Position numbers and translations under genes: made by a program. DNA of 64,000 nucleotides from an uncultured Candidatus Saccharibacteria bacterium (GTDB lineage: Bacteria > Patescibacteriota > Minisyncoccia > Minisyncoccales > GWA2-38-27), in contig CAYLWZ010000002.1 of the NCBI GenBank assembly GCA_964387825.1, positions 47,375 to 111,374 on the forward strand, in the 5' to 3' direction. Below the pieces are notes generated by a model. It searched no databases. It had not been told where the DNA came from and saw only the letters and a list, made by a program, of their open reading frames with translations. Shown here piece by piece: positions 37,469 through 47,068 of the stretch (positions are counted from its first letter, which is position 1; each line of letters begins with the position of its first letter).

Positions 37469-38353
37469 TCAAAATTGATTCAAAATTGATTCAAAATTAG
37501 AAATTAGTAATTGCATATTTAATAATTGACCTTTTGAATATGCTTCTGCTATTTTTTTTGAATAAGGAATTTCTCCTTCAATTTTTATTCTGAATTTTTT
37601 AGCAATTTTTTGAATCATTTCTTTATTTCCTAAATTTGCCTGGTTTAAAACTATTTTAGCGGGAACTTTAAGTTTTCCGCATAAATCTAAAATTAAATTC
37701 AAATCATAAGCTCCCATTGGAGTTGGTTCGGTAATACAATAAGCAAAATCGCAATCAAGCAAAGCAGAAATTACCGGGCAGTGAGTCCCGGCTGCCGTGT
37801 CAAAAAGGATATAATCTGCTTTCTTTTTCTCGGCAAAGCTCAAAGCAAACTTTTTTGCTTTGGCAACCACCGGACCTGTTTCTTCAATGCCCGAATTGGC
37901 CAAACCGGTAATCAGCCAGAAATTTTCTTTAATTCTACTAGTATAAATTCCCCCGTTTTTTTCTTTTTTTGTTTTAATGGCTCCGAAAGGACAAACAGTC
38001 CAGCAAGCGCCGCAACTTGAACACAGGTTTTTAATAAAAACCGGGTAATCTAAATCCCCGTTTTTATCCCTCGGTTGAAAAATGGCGTTTTGCCGGCAGG
38101 TCTTAACGCAAATTCCGCATTTCTTGCATTTTTTTCTAATTAAAACCGGATATTCGGTAAAAATATTTTTGACAGGTTTTTTAAGTTTTTGATTTAACAA
38201 CAAATAATCATCGGGACATTCAACATCGCAATCGCAAAGAACAACTTTTTTCCCTTCCTTAATTAATTTGAGAGCTGATAAAACCGCGAAAGTGCTTTTT
38301 CCCGTGCCTCCTTTACCGCCTGTAATTCCTATTTTCTTAATTTTCTTCAACAT
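37469..38353 (-). CDS. MinD-like P-loop ATPase with two 4Fe-4S motifs
   Basis: GGKGGTGKS, DCDVECP, CKKCGIC, CSSCGAC, GTHCP. Confidence 0.88.
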   Translation of the reverse strand: MLKKIKKIGITGGKGGTGKSTFAVLSALKLIKEGKKVVLCDCDVECPDDYLLLNQKLKKPVKNIFTEYPVLIRKKCKKCGICVKTCRQNAIFQPRDKNGDLDYPVFIKNLCSSCGACWTVCPFGAIKTKKEKNGGIYTSRIKENFWLITGLANSGIEETGPVVAKAKKFALSFAEKKKADYILFDTAAGTHCPVISALLDCDFAYCITEPTPMGAYDLNLILDLCGKLKVPAKIVLNQANLGNKEMIQKIAKKFRIKIEGEIPYSKKIAEAYSKGQLLNMQLLISNFESILNQF

Positions 38354-39581
38354 CTTTTTTCTGTATTTCCTCTAAAACATTATTTATATTTTTTTCTGGA
38401 GCAACAATTTTTATTTCAATGCCGAAATTTTCTAAACTCTTTTTGGCGTTTTCTCCGATTTGCTTGACAAAAATCTCGTCTGCTCTTATTGCTTTGGCAA
38501 ATCTTGAACCATGCGGCAAATTATGCTTGAAATACGGATTCTTAAAAATCTTTTTCAAAAGAATCTCCTCGCCTTTAGTATCAATTACTAAATATTTATC
38601 TGCGCCGAAATCCTGGCTAATTTCATTTTCCTTAAAAGGAATAATTATCCTTTTGCCTTTCTTTTCCGGACCAATCTGCTCAAATCCCTCAAGTTCGCCT
38701 ATTTTTTTACCAAGCTTAGGCAAAATAACACTCCTTGCCATCTGATAGGATTTAATGGAAATAACTATTTGTTTCAATCCAGGAATATTTTTCAGCAATC
38801 TATCTTCTAAAGTATCGGTTATTTTCTGAACATCTCCAACTTTTAATTTGGGCGGAAGTTTAATTTTAATTTCGGCGAAATTAGCCGAGCCAATCTTTCT
38901 GGTTTTTAGCTCAGATATCCCAATTTCATGGCTCCGGCAGATTCTTTTTATTCTCTCTTCAATGTCTTTGTTGGCAACATCTAAAATAGAATCTGTGATT
39001 TCCCTGCCTAATTTAAAAGATTCAAAAAGAATATAACCCCCGATTAAAAAAGCAATTATCCCGTCAATAGGAGCAAAATATCTAATTAAAAAAAGAGAGA
39101 GCAAAACTCCGGCCGAAGACAATACGTCGGCTCTTGAATGCTCAGCATCGGCTATTAAAGACAAGCTTTCATGTTTTTTTCCGTAATAAAATTTTAATCG
39201 AGCCATTAATTCGTTAATGACAATAGTGATAACAACTAAAATTATCGCTCCCAAGCTAAAAAAAGTTTCCTGTGTTTTCCCAAGAAACTTTTCTACAGCT
39301 TCGTATATAATCCAAACACCGGAACCGGCTAAAAAGATTGTTACAAAAAGCCCGGCTAAACTCTCTGCCCGATAATGACCATAAGGATGGTTCTCGTCTA
39401 CCGGCTTTTTAGCGACTTTAATTCCTAAATAAGTCCCGAAAGAAGAAATGATATCTACTCCTGAGTGGACGCCGTCGGCGACTAAAGCCGCGCTTCCAAT
39501 CGTCAATCCAAAAAACAACTTAGAGGCAGATAAACCGAAATTAACAAAAGTGCTTAGAATTGAAACTTTTTCTTGGTTCAT
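38337..39581 (-). CDS. Cation diffusion facilitator fused to a NifB/NifX-like domain
   Basis: ADGVHS, HPYGH, DAEHSRAD; C-terminal FG...IGENA. Confidence 0.85.
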   Translation of the reverse strand: MNQEKVSILSTFVNFGLSASKLFFGLTIGSAALVADGVHSGVDIISSFGTYLGIKVAKKPVDENHPYGHYRAESLAGLFVTIFLAGSGVWIIYEAVEKFLGKTQETFFSLGAIILVVITIVINELMARLKFYYGKKHESLSLIADAEHSRADVLSSAGVLLSLFLIRYFAPIDGIIAFLIGGYILFESFKLGREITDSILDVANKDIEERIKRICRSHEIGISELKTRKIGSANFAEIKIKLPPKLKVGDVQKITDTLEDRLLKNIPGLKQIVISIKSYQMARSVILPKLGKKIGELEGFEQIGPEKKGKRIIIPFKENEISQDFGADKYLVIDTKGEEILLKKIFKNPYFKHNLPHGSRFAKAIRADEIFVKQIGENAKKSLENFGIEIKIVAPEKNINNVLEEIQKKDVEEN

Positions 39582-39651
39582 ATAAATGAGAGTGTTGAAC
39601 AATATCCTCTATACTAAGACGCATATTATTCAACGCTCTCATAAATCTAAT

Positions 39652-40074
39652 TTATCTTCTTCTGCCTTGACCTAAACCTCTGCCACGGCCTAAACCTCTG
39701 CCTTGGCCGGAAACTCCAAAACCTGCCCCGACAGATTGGGTTATTTCTGGCAGTTGACTTTGTTTAAAAGCGGATAAGGCGTCTTTTATTTTCATCCCCG
39801 ACATTGCCTTAAAAATCCTTATTCCTGAACTATTTAAAACCTCAAAAGAATTAGGGCCGACATTGCCAGTAATCACTACCTCTGCTTTCTGGTCAACAAC
39901 GGCCTGAGCAGATTGAACTCCTGCTCCCCTCGCCGCGTCTATCCCTTTATTAGGAAAAGCATTTATTTCTTCCAAATTTCCATCATCAACAAAAATAAAA
40001 TAAAGGCACCTGCCAAAACGCGGGTCTATTAAAGAATCTAAATTAGGACCTGAACTGGTAACACAAATACGCAT
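39652..40074 (-). CDS. NifB/NifX-family FeMo-co binding domain protein
   Basis: PRFGRC, GAGVQ, TGNVGPN, Gly/Arg-rich tail. Confidence 0.88.
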   Translation of the reverse strand: MRICVTSSGPNLDSLIDPRFGRCLYFIFVDDGNLEEINAFPNKGIDAARGAGVQSAQAVVDQKAEVVITGNVGPNSFEVLNSSGIRIFKAMSGMKIKDALSAFKQSQLPEITQSVGAGFGVSGQGRGLGRGRGLGQGRRR

Positions 40075-40101
40075 AACTTAAAAAGTCGAGATTTGTCGAG
40101 A

Positions 40102-40326
40102 TTATTTTTCTCTTATCATCTGACTACCGCATTTCGGGCATTTTTCTTCATAACAAGGAACTCCTGTTTTATGGGGAGTTGTTGTTCCGCATTTAGGGCA
40201 AACACATTCGCCTCCTCCTCCCAAACCAAAACCGCCGGGTTGGCGACTTCGGCCGATTCCTCTGCCTAATCCTCGACCCGCGTCCCTGCCTCCGCCGACA
40301 GGTCCTGTTCCGTTTCCAAATGGCAT
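40102..40326 (-). CDS. Gly/Arg-rich small protein with a Zn ribbon (DUF5320-like N-terminus)
   Basis: MPFGNGTGP; CVCPKCG...GVPC...CPKCG. Confidence 0.75.
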   Translation of the reverse strand: MPFGNGTGPVGGGRDAGRGLGRGIGRSRQPGGFGLGGGGECVCPKCGTTTPHKTGVPCYEEKCPKCGSQMIREK

Positions 40327-40364
40327 AATTTTATTGTTTTATGATTTTCTTTACAACGACCTTT

Positions 40365-40706
40365 TTACTTTTTCTTTTTTGTTTCCAATTCCTGAATTCT
40401 TTTCTCAATGGTTTTCATGCTGTCCTTTAAGTAATTTAATTCCTCATTTAGTATCTCTTTCTCCTCTTTTTCTGTCATCTGCGGCTCTGTTTGAGGATAA
40501 TACCCATAACCGGCGCGTCCCCAATCATACCGACCCATTCCTCTGCCATAACCTCTGTCATATCCAAAACCTCTCCCCCAGCCAAAATTTCTTCTGCCAA
40601 AACCTTGTTTTACGTAACCGGGAGAAGAATAACCGGCGCAACGGCCCAATCCTCTTCCGGTCATCGGGCCTGTTCCCATAGGCCCTGTTCCGTTTCCAAA
40701 TGGCAT
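40365..40706 (-). CDS. DUF5320-family protein
   Basis: [24 protein letters not shown]-terminal coiled coil. Confidence 0.8.
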   Translation of the reverse strand: MPFGNGTGPMGTGPMTGRGLGRCAGYSSPGYVKQGFGRRNFGWGRGFGYDRGYGRGMGRYDWGRAGYGYYPQTEPQMTEKEEKEILNEELNYLKDSMKTIEKRIQELETKKKK

Positions 40707-40771
40707 GATAATTTGTTTATTAATTATTACTTTATTAATTTTAACATTAAATCGACCTTTAGAATAGCTTT

Positions 40772-40799
40772 AGAGCACAGGATTCGAATCCCGCAGTCT
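40772..40799. mobile_element. Collapsed family-D remnant
   Basis: TTTA-gagcacaggattcgaatcccgcagtc-TTTA. Confidence 0.5.
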
Positions 40800-40825
40800 T
40801 TAACCTTGATTGCAAACACTAACTG

Positions 40826-40859
40826 TTATGAGTATATACCCATAACCATCGCTTGTCAA
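40826..40859 (-). promoter_or_regulatory. Sigma70 promoter with an overlapping 20-bp palindromic operator
   Basis: TTGACA-N17-TATACT; ttatgagtatatacccataa. Confidence 0.7.
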
Positions 40860-40959
40860 CTCTCGTTTTCAATAAGGGAAGGGGCGGGAATTATAATCAA
40901 AAAAACCGAGGAATAAATCCCAGCTTTAATTTTTTTTAATCAATTGTTTTAGTTTTCGC

Positions 40960-41673
40960 CTATCCTCTCATTTGGCAATCATCAAAAAAAGGCGAGATTT
41001 TCTTGACAATAGTTAAGATATATTCGTCGGGATAGGGTTTCAGTTTTTCAAATTCAGGGGCAAGGGTTTTCCCGGAACCAAATTGCTGTAAATAATATTT
41101 TTCTCCCTTTTCTTTCCCGCCGGAAGAAATCCAAGCGGCAATTTTCAAAATATCTTTTTCGGTTAACAAGGTAGGCACAACTGTCGTCCGAAATTCATAA
41201 CCTACTTTATTCTTTTTTAAAAAAGCGACGCTTTTTTCAATTTTCCCGATATCTATCTTTCTTCCAATCATTTTTTGGTATTTCTCTTTCGGCGCTTTAA
41301 TATCCATCGCTACATAATCAATTAATTTTTTGTCAATTAAATTCTTCAGCGCGTCTGGATTTGAACCGTTAGTGTCTAATTTTACCGCATAGCCAAGGTT
41401 TTTAATCCTTCTGGCAAATTTTTCTAAATCTTTGTTAACAGTCGGTTCGCCGCCACACAAAACACATCCTTCCAGCAAATTTTTTCTTTCACTTAAAAAT
41501 TTAAAAAATTCCTTCTCTGATATTTTTGGCTGAATTTTAATCCTCTCGGGCAGAACAAGCTCTGGAGAATGGCACCAAGGACAACAAAAATTACATCCTG
41601 TTAAAAAAACTGTGCAAGCAAGTTTGTCCGGAAAATCAATCAAAGTCAATTTTTCTAATCCGCCGATAACCAT
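40960..41673 (-). CDS. nrdG: Anaerobic RNR activating radical SAM enzyme
   Basis: CNFCCPWC, GGEP, DTNG; adjacent to nrdD. Confidence 0.9.
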   Translation of the reverse strand: MVIGGLEKLTLIDFPDKLACTVFLTGCNFCCPWCHSPELVLPERIKIQPKISEKEFFKFLSERKNLLEGCVLCGGEPTVNKDLEKFARRIKNLGYAVKLDTNGSNPDALKNLIDKKLIDYVAMDIKAPKEKYQKMIGRKIDIGKIEKSVAFLKKNKVGYEFRTTVVPTLLTEKDILKIAAWISSGGKEKGEKYYLQQFGSGKTLAPEFEKLKPYPDEYILTIVKKISPFFDDCQMRG

Positions 41674-41680
41674 ACAAAAA

Positions 41681-43831
41681 TCACTTTTTCTCCAGTACTT
41701 TAAATTCTTTCCGTTCTTTGTATTCTTCCTGTTTTCCGACATTCCATTGGGTCACCGGACGAAGATACCCGACAACTCTTGAGTAAACTTCGCAGGGTTG
41801 CTTAATAGTGCATTTTGGGCAGTAAAAATGCTCTCCCGACAAATAGCCATGAACAGGACAAATGGAAAAAGTGGGAGTTAAAGTAATATAAGGAAGACGA
41901 AATTTCTCAAAAATCTTTTTAATCAGGATTTTAGAAGTCTGGATATCAGAAATTTTTTCTCCTAAGAAGAGATGTAAAACACTACCCCCTGTGTACTTGC
42001 ATTGAATTTCATCTTGGAGTTTTAAAGCCTCAAAGGCGTCATTGGTAAATCCGACCGGAAGCTGGGAGGAATTAGTATAATAGGGATTTTCTTTTGTCCC
42101 GGCAGTGACAATGTCTGGATATCTTTCTTTGTCTTGCAGAGCCAAACGGTAACTTGTGCTCTCGGCCGGTGTTTGTTCTAAATTGTAGATATTTCCAGTG
42201 TCTTCTTGGTATTTAACTAATTTCTCTCTCATAAAATCCATTATTTCTAAGGTAAATTTTCGTCCCCGAAGCGAGGCGATGTTTTCTCCTAAAAAATTCA
42301 AAAGGCTTTCATTTATTCCTAACGGTCCGATAGTGGAAAAATGATTAGCGAAATACTTCCCCCGCATTTTCTTTACTCCGGATAAATAAAATTTAGAATA
42401 AGGATAAAGTCCTTTCTCAATGAAATTTTCCAACACTTTTCTTTTTATTTCTAAACTTTCTTCCGCTAAATCCATTAATTTGCCTAATCTCTCAAAAAAT
42501 TCCTTTTTTGTCTTTGATAGATAGCCAATACGAGGAAGGTCAATCGTTACCACACCGATACTTCCAGTTAGAGCCCCGGAGCCGAAAAGTCCTCCGCCGC
42601 CTCTATTCTCAAGTTTTGTCAAATCGATCCGAAGTCTGCAACACATTGACCTTACATCTTCTGGTTTCATTTCAGAATTAATATAATTGGCGAAATAGTT
42701 TATTCCGTATTTTGCCGAGGCTCGAAAAATTCCATCAAAAACTGGGTCATCCCAAGGGAAATCTTTTGTAATATTGATTGTTGGAATGGGAAAGGTAAAC
42801 GGCCTCCCGGATTTATCGCCTTCTAAATAAACTTCGTATAAAGCCTTGTTAAAAATTTTCATTTCTTCCTCAAATTCTCCATAAGATTCTTTTTGGGGCT
42901 TCCCGCCGATTATTATCGGCATTTTAGCGAAAACAGGAGAAGGTTTTAAGTCAAGAGTAATATTAGAAAATGGCGTTTGGAAGCCTACTCGAGTAGGCAC
43001 CGCCATATTAAATAAAAATTCCTGTAATGATTGTTTTACCTGCTGATAATTTAAGTTGTCATAGCGAATAAAAGGCGCTAAAAGAGTGTCAAAGTTCGAA
43101 AAAGCAACCGCCCCGGCCGCTTCCCCTTGAAGAGTATAAAGGAAATTTACCATTTGGCCCAAAGCGGCCCGAAAGTGTTTTGCCGGCTTTGATTCAACTT
43201 TTCCAGACACGCCGCCGAATCCTTTTAATAAAAGATCGTATAAATCCCAGCCACAGCAATAAGTGGCTAAAGCATCCAAATTATGAATATGAAAATCGCC
43301 ATTCTCATTGGCTTCTCTAATCTCTTTAGGGTATATTTTGTTCAACCAATATTTTTTAATAGCATAGGTAGTCGTATAATGATTTAATCCCTGCAAAGAA
43401 AAAGCCATATTGGCGTTTTCTTTAACTTCCCAATCCAGTTTTTCTAAATATTGGTCAACTCTGTCAACTGCTTCTTCGGAGGTCTTCACCGCTTCCCTAA
43501 TCCTCCTTCTTTGCTCCCGATACAAAATAAAGGCCTTAGCAGTTTCTACCAGACCTTCTAAAATTAAAACTTCTTCAACAATGTCCTGAATTTGTTCAAC
43601 GGTAGGAATTTCTTCTTTCTTAAATCTCCTATTTAAAATTTGGACTACTCTGTTAGAAAGTTTTTTTGACTTTTTTCCATCGCCCTGTTCAACCGAAGTT
43701 ACGGCTTTAAAAATCGCTTCGCTAATTTTACCTTCTTCAAAATCTACAACTTGACCATTTCTTTTTTTTACTTTGCTTAACTTTTTCTTAGAAGATGCCT
43801 GAGAATAAGTTTTCGTAATGTTATTTTTCAT
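41681..43831 (-). CDS. nrdD: Class III ribonucleoside-triphosphate reductase with an ATP cone
   Basis: VKKRNG cone, YCCG, SMCCRL, TPAES, RVVGY glycyl radical loop. Confidence 0.95.
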   Translation of the reverse strand: MKNNITKTYSQASSKKKLSKVKKRNGQVVDFEEGKISEAIFKAVTSVEQGDGKKSKKLSNRVVQILNRRFKKEEIPTVEQIQDIVEEVLILEGLVETAKAFILYREQRRRIREAVKTSEEAVDRVDQYLEKLDWEVKENANMAFSLQGLNHYTTTYAIKKYWLNKIYPKEIREANENGDFHIHNLDALATYCCGWDLYDLLLKGFGGVSGKVESKPAKHFRAALGQMVNFLYTLQGEAAGAVAFSNFDTLLAPFIRYDNLNYQQVKQSLQEFLFNMAVPTRVGFQTPFSNITLDLKPSPVFAKMPIIIGGKPQKESYGEFEEEMKIFNKALYEVYLEGDKSGRPFTFPIPTINITKDFPWDDPVFDGIFRASAKYGINYFANYINSEMKPEDVRSMCCRLRIDLTKLENRGGGGLFGSGALTGSIGVVTIDLPRIGYLSKTKKEFFERLGKLMDLAEESLEIKRKVLENFIEKGLYPYSKFYLSGVKKMRGKYFANHFSTIGPLGINESLLNFLGENIASLRGRKFTLEIMDFMREKLVKYQEDTGNIYNLEQTPAESTSYRLALQDKERYPDIVTAGTKENPYYTNSSQLPVGFTNDAFEALKLQDEIQCKYTGGSVLHLFLGEKISDIQTSKILIKKIFEKFRLPYITLTPTFSICPVHGYLSGEHFYCPKCTIKQPCEVYSRVVGYLRPVTQWNVGKQEEYKERKEFKVLEKK

Positions 43832-43889
43832 TTTCTAATAAAATTAAATTATTTCATTTTAATGCTTCAAGAAAATTAGTCAAATTTGC

Positions 43890-44477
43890 TTAACCTGTGG
43901 ATAACTCTTTCAAAATCTTAAAATCTTCTTTTAGGGTTTTCTTCATATTTATATTATAAGCGGCGACTGCCGGGTGATAAAAAGGAATGATTTTGATTTT
44001 TTGGCTAAATTTTTCGGTTTCAAAAATTTTTCCGTGGATTTTGCTAATTGGCTGAATCTGCTCTTTCAATCCAAATTTTTCCATTAAAAAATTCATTGCG
44101 TATCTTCCTAATGGACAAATTATTTTTGGTTGAATAGCTTCAATTTGTCTTTCCAAATAAGGAGAGCAAGCGGCAATTTCTTCTTCTTTAGGATCGCGAT
44201 TTTCCGACGGACGGCATTTTAAGATATTCGCGATATAAACATCTCTTTTCTCTATTCCGGTCAAATTTAATAATTCGTCCAAAATCTTCCCTGCTGCTCC
44301 GCAAAAAGGACGGCCGGTCATATTTTCCTGCGCTCCCGGCGCTTCCCCGACAAATATAATTTTTGCCTGATGATTTCCTTCCCCGACTACAGGATACTTC
44401 CTCATTTTATACAAAGAACATTTTTGGCAAGCTATAACTTCTTCTTTAATTTTTTTAAGCTCTTTTTCTACGTCCAT
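43890..44477 (-). CDS. Family-4 uracil-DNA glycosylase
   Basis: CQKC, GEAPG, KCRP, HPA. Confidence 0.92.
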   Translation of the reverse strand: MDVEKELKKIKEEVIACQKCSLYKMRKYPVVGEGNHQAKIIFVGEAPGAQENMTGRPFCGAAGKILDELLNLTGIEKRDVYIANILKCRPSENRDPKEEEIAACSPYLERQIEAIQPKIICPLGRYAMNFLMEKFGLKEQIQPISKIHGKIFETEKFSQKIKIIPFYHPAVAAYNINMKKTLKEDFKILKELSTG

Positions 44478-44631
44478 TTTTAATTTTTTATCTTATTTCC
44501 ATTTATCGCTTATTTTTTTTCTTCTTCCAATTTTCTTATTTTTTTGCAACAGTCCTTATTATTTGAAGTTTAATTATATTCAAATTATAAATCGCGATAA
44601 GAATGACAAAAAAGAAATTTCAAACCTAAAA

Positions 44632-45816
44632 TTAGATCATAAGCGCGGAAAGATAATAAAAACCAAGGAGGAAAAGAATAATTGATTCGCTTAAAGCAAT
44701 CCAAATCATTGCTTTATTTGAAGCCAACCAAAGTTTCATTGTAAAAAGGGCTATCAAAAAAACAATAATTTCGTCTAACATATAAAAGGCAAGGTAAACA
44801 GAAATATACAATAAATAATAAAATGTTGGCATCTGGGACTGAGCCAAAAGGCCGGCAAATATTACTGGTACGGCAGCCGAGCAGGGAAATTCTACAATAG
44901 TGATTATGCCGGCAAATAAAATAATGCCTCCAATTAATAAAAAAATACTGCCTGACTCTTTAAAAATTTTTTGAAATTTTAAGGAAAATCTTGAAAATAA
45001 TTTCTCCCCTGCTCCTGATTCGCAAACAAGGCCTCTCCTCTTGAATTTAATAAATTCTTTTAGAAAATAAATTCCCCCTCCAAGCCCCAAAAGACCTATC
45101 AAAAGATTCATTATCTTCAGATAAGGGACAAAGAAAGAGAAAATTTGGTACCAGAGGATTATTAAAAATCCGTAAATAAGAGAGACAATCAAGATATACA
45201 CTCCGCCGAAAATCAGAATTCTCTTTTTGGAACGCAAAGCCAAAACTAATCCTAAAATTAAAACCAAAGCTCCTAAAGAACAGACATTAAAGCCATCCAG
45301 AATTCCTAAAATAACAGTTAAAAAAGGCAGAGAATATCTGCTGGTGTCTATCTTGCCAATAAAAGGGATATTAATTTTTCCTTCCAGATTTACCGCTGTA
45401 ACACCTCCTTTTTGAGATTCTTGTTCTGACACGCAGGGCTTATTCAAAACGTTCCCTCTGATTTCTTTAACACATTCCTCAATATTCTTGCCAATTTTCT
45501 CGTTAAAACCAATAAAGTACCTATCTTTAATAAAAGTAGCCGGAACCAAACCATAAAACTTTGAAGGCACCTTATAATCCTCGTAAAGGCTTTTTAATAA
45601 ATCAATATTTTTTCTCTCAGAAATTTCAAATTTATTAATTTTAATTCCTGGATACTCTTTTTCCAATCCTCTCAGAAAATTTTCCTCTCTGGAGCAGTGA
45701 GGACAAGTGTTGCCATATAAAAAATTAATTTCCCCTTTTCCTTCCTGAGCAAAAACAAAACTAAAATTAATAAAAATTGGAAATAAAATAAAAATGGCAA
45801 AAATCCATTTCTTCAT
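44632..45816 (-). CDS. Thioredoxin/glutaredoxin-like domain fused to a CcdA/DsbD-like membrane domain
   Basis: CPHC; DGFNVC and EFPCS membrane cysteines. Confidence 0.75.
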   Translation of the reverse strand: MKKWIFAIFILFPIFINFSFVFAQEGKGEINFLYGNTCPHCSREENFLRGLEKEYPGIKINKFEISERKNIDLLKSLYEDYKVPSKFYGLVPATFIKDRYFIGFNEKIGKNIEECVKEIRGNVLNKPCVSEQESQKGGVTAVNLEGKINIPFIGKIDTSRYSLPFLTVILGILDGFNVCSLGALVLILGLVLALRSKKRILIFGGVYILIVSLIYGFLIILWYQIFSFFVPYLKIMNLLIGLLGLGGGIYFLKEFIKFKRRGLVCESGAGEKLFSRFSLKFQKIFKESGSIFLLIGGIILFAGIITIVEFPCSAAVPVIFAGLLAQSQMPTFYYLLYISVYLAFYMLDEIIVFLIALFTMKLWLASNKAMIWIALSESIILFLLGFYYLSALMI

Positions 45817-45854
45817 ACACCTAAAGAAGGCTGTTCTGTTGATTCCTACTTGCC

Positions 45855-46043
45855 TCAAGCAGGTTTCTCCTCAGAAACTTTTTCTATTGCCCCGAAAGGA
45901 CAAACGCTTTCTCCCCCGCATTCCTTTAATTTCTCTTGGTCAATAATCCTCGCCTTTCCGTCATCCCCTATTTCCGTCGCCCCAGGACAGGACTGAACGC
46001 AAACCCCGCAGTTAATACATTTTTCTTTATTTATCTTTAACAT
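45855..46043 (-). CDS. Ferredoxin
   Basis: CINCGVCVQSCP...CPFGAI. Confidence 0.88.
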   Translation of the reverse strand: MLKINKEKCINCGVCVQSCPGATEIGDDGKARIIDQEKLKECGGESVCPFGAIEKVSEEKPA

Positions 46044-46060
46044 TTTAAAATTAGACCCAC

Positions 46061-46897
46061 TTAAATTTCTATTTTTTTGAAATCGACCTTGTTTTTTATC
46101 TTTGACCCCGCCCGGCGGGACAAATTTTTAAGCAATTCCTCCTCGTAAACCGGCTTTTGGATTTTATAAAAAATACCGATGGGGATCTGATTGTCGTTTT
46201 TGTCATAATCCCATTCCTCAATTTTTTTCAAGGTTTCTCTTTCTGAATTTTTCGCCTTATAAACCTTGGCGTTATAAAATTGGAAAGTGTTGAAAAAAGA
46301 AACACAAGGCTGAAGAATCTCAATAAAAGAAAATCCTCTGTGTTGAACCCCTTTAATAATCAAATCTTTAAGATGTTCTGTTTCAGCCGAATACCCCCGG
46401 GCAATGAATGTTGCCCCGGAAGCCAACATTAATTTCAAGGGATTGAAAGGCGTTTCAATACTGCCTTGAGGAGAGGACTTTCCTTTAAAGCCTCTTGGCG
46501 AAGTGGCCGTAAACTGGCCGGCAGTCAAAGCGAAATTTCTGTTATCGTGAACCAAAACAGTGATGTCGCTATTTCTTTTAGCAGCATAAATTAAATGAGA
46601 AATTCCTTCATTGTAAGTTCCTCCGTCTCCGACAGAAACTATAACCTTTAGGTCAGGATTACCTAATTTTATCCCTTCAGCCGAAATAACCGGCCGTCCG
46701 TGCAAAGAGGAAAAACTATTTATATCAAGATAGTCAATAATCTTTGAGGCGCAGCCGATTCCGCTAACCGCCACTAAATTTTCCTTAGCCAACCCTCCCG
46801 CCACCAAAGAAGAAATTGCCTTTTTTAAGGCGGCTAAAATACCGAAATTACCGCAACCAGGACACCAGGTATTTTTAGCATAAGTAGATAGATTCAT
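46061..46897 (-). CDS. 2-oxoacid:ferredoxin oxidoreductase beta subunit
   Basis: WCPGCGN, SGIGC, LHGR, GDGG, QPC. Confidence 0.93.
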   Translation of the reverse strand: MNLSTYAKNTWCPGCGNFGILAALKKAISSLVAGGLAKENLVAVSGIGCASKIIDYLDINSFSSLHGRPVISAEGIKLGNPDLKVIVSVGDGGTYNEGISHLIYAAKRNSDITVLVHDNRNFALTAGQFTATSPRGFKGKSSPQGSIETPFNPLKLMLASGATFIARGYSAETEHLKDLIIKGVQHRGFSFIEILQPCVSFFNTFQFYNAKVYKAKNSERETLKKIEEWDYDKNDNQIPIGIFYKIQKPVYEEELLKNLSRRAGSKIKNKVDFKKIEI

Positions 46898-46904
46898 AAT
46901 AAAT

Positions 46905-47068
46905 TTCTAATTGATCTAATTATTCTAATTAACCTAAACAAATCCCAAATCCCAATTTTCCAAAAGAATTGCTCAGGCATTGCTTAACCTGGTTAAGCAA
47001 TAGCCTGATTGAGAGAAATTTTGGGATTTGGAGTTTAGGGCTTGGTCATTATTTAGAAATTAGGTCAA
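46905..47068. repeat. Inverted AT-rich arrays enclosing a 44-bp palindrome
   Basis: aaatcccaaatcccaa...tcaggcattgcttaacctggttaagcaatagcctga...ttgggatttggagttt. Confidence 0.65.

Noticed and set aside
39652-40074. Nitrogen fixation implied by NifX-like domains
   Set aside because: No nifHDK; these domains are common in non-diazotrophic anaerobes
41681-43831. Intein or intron in nrdD
   Set aside because: Normal length and a continuous ORF with no splicing motifs
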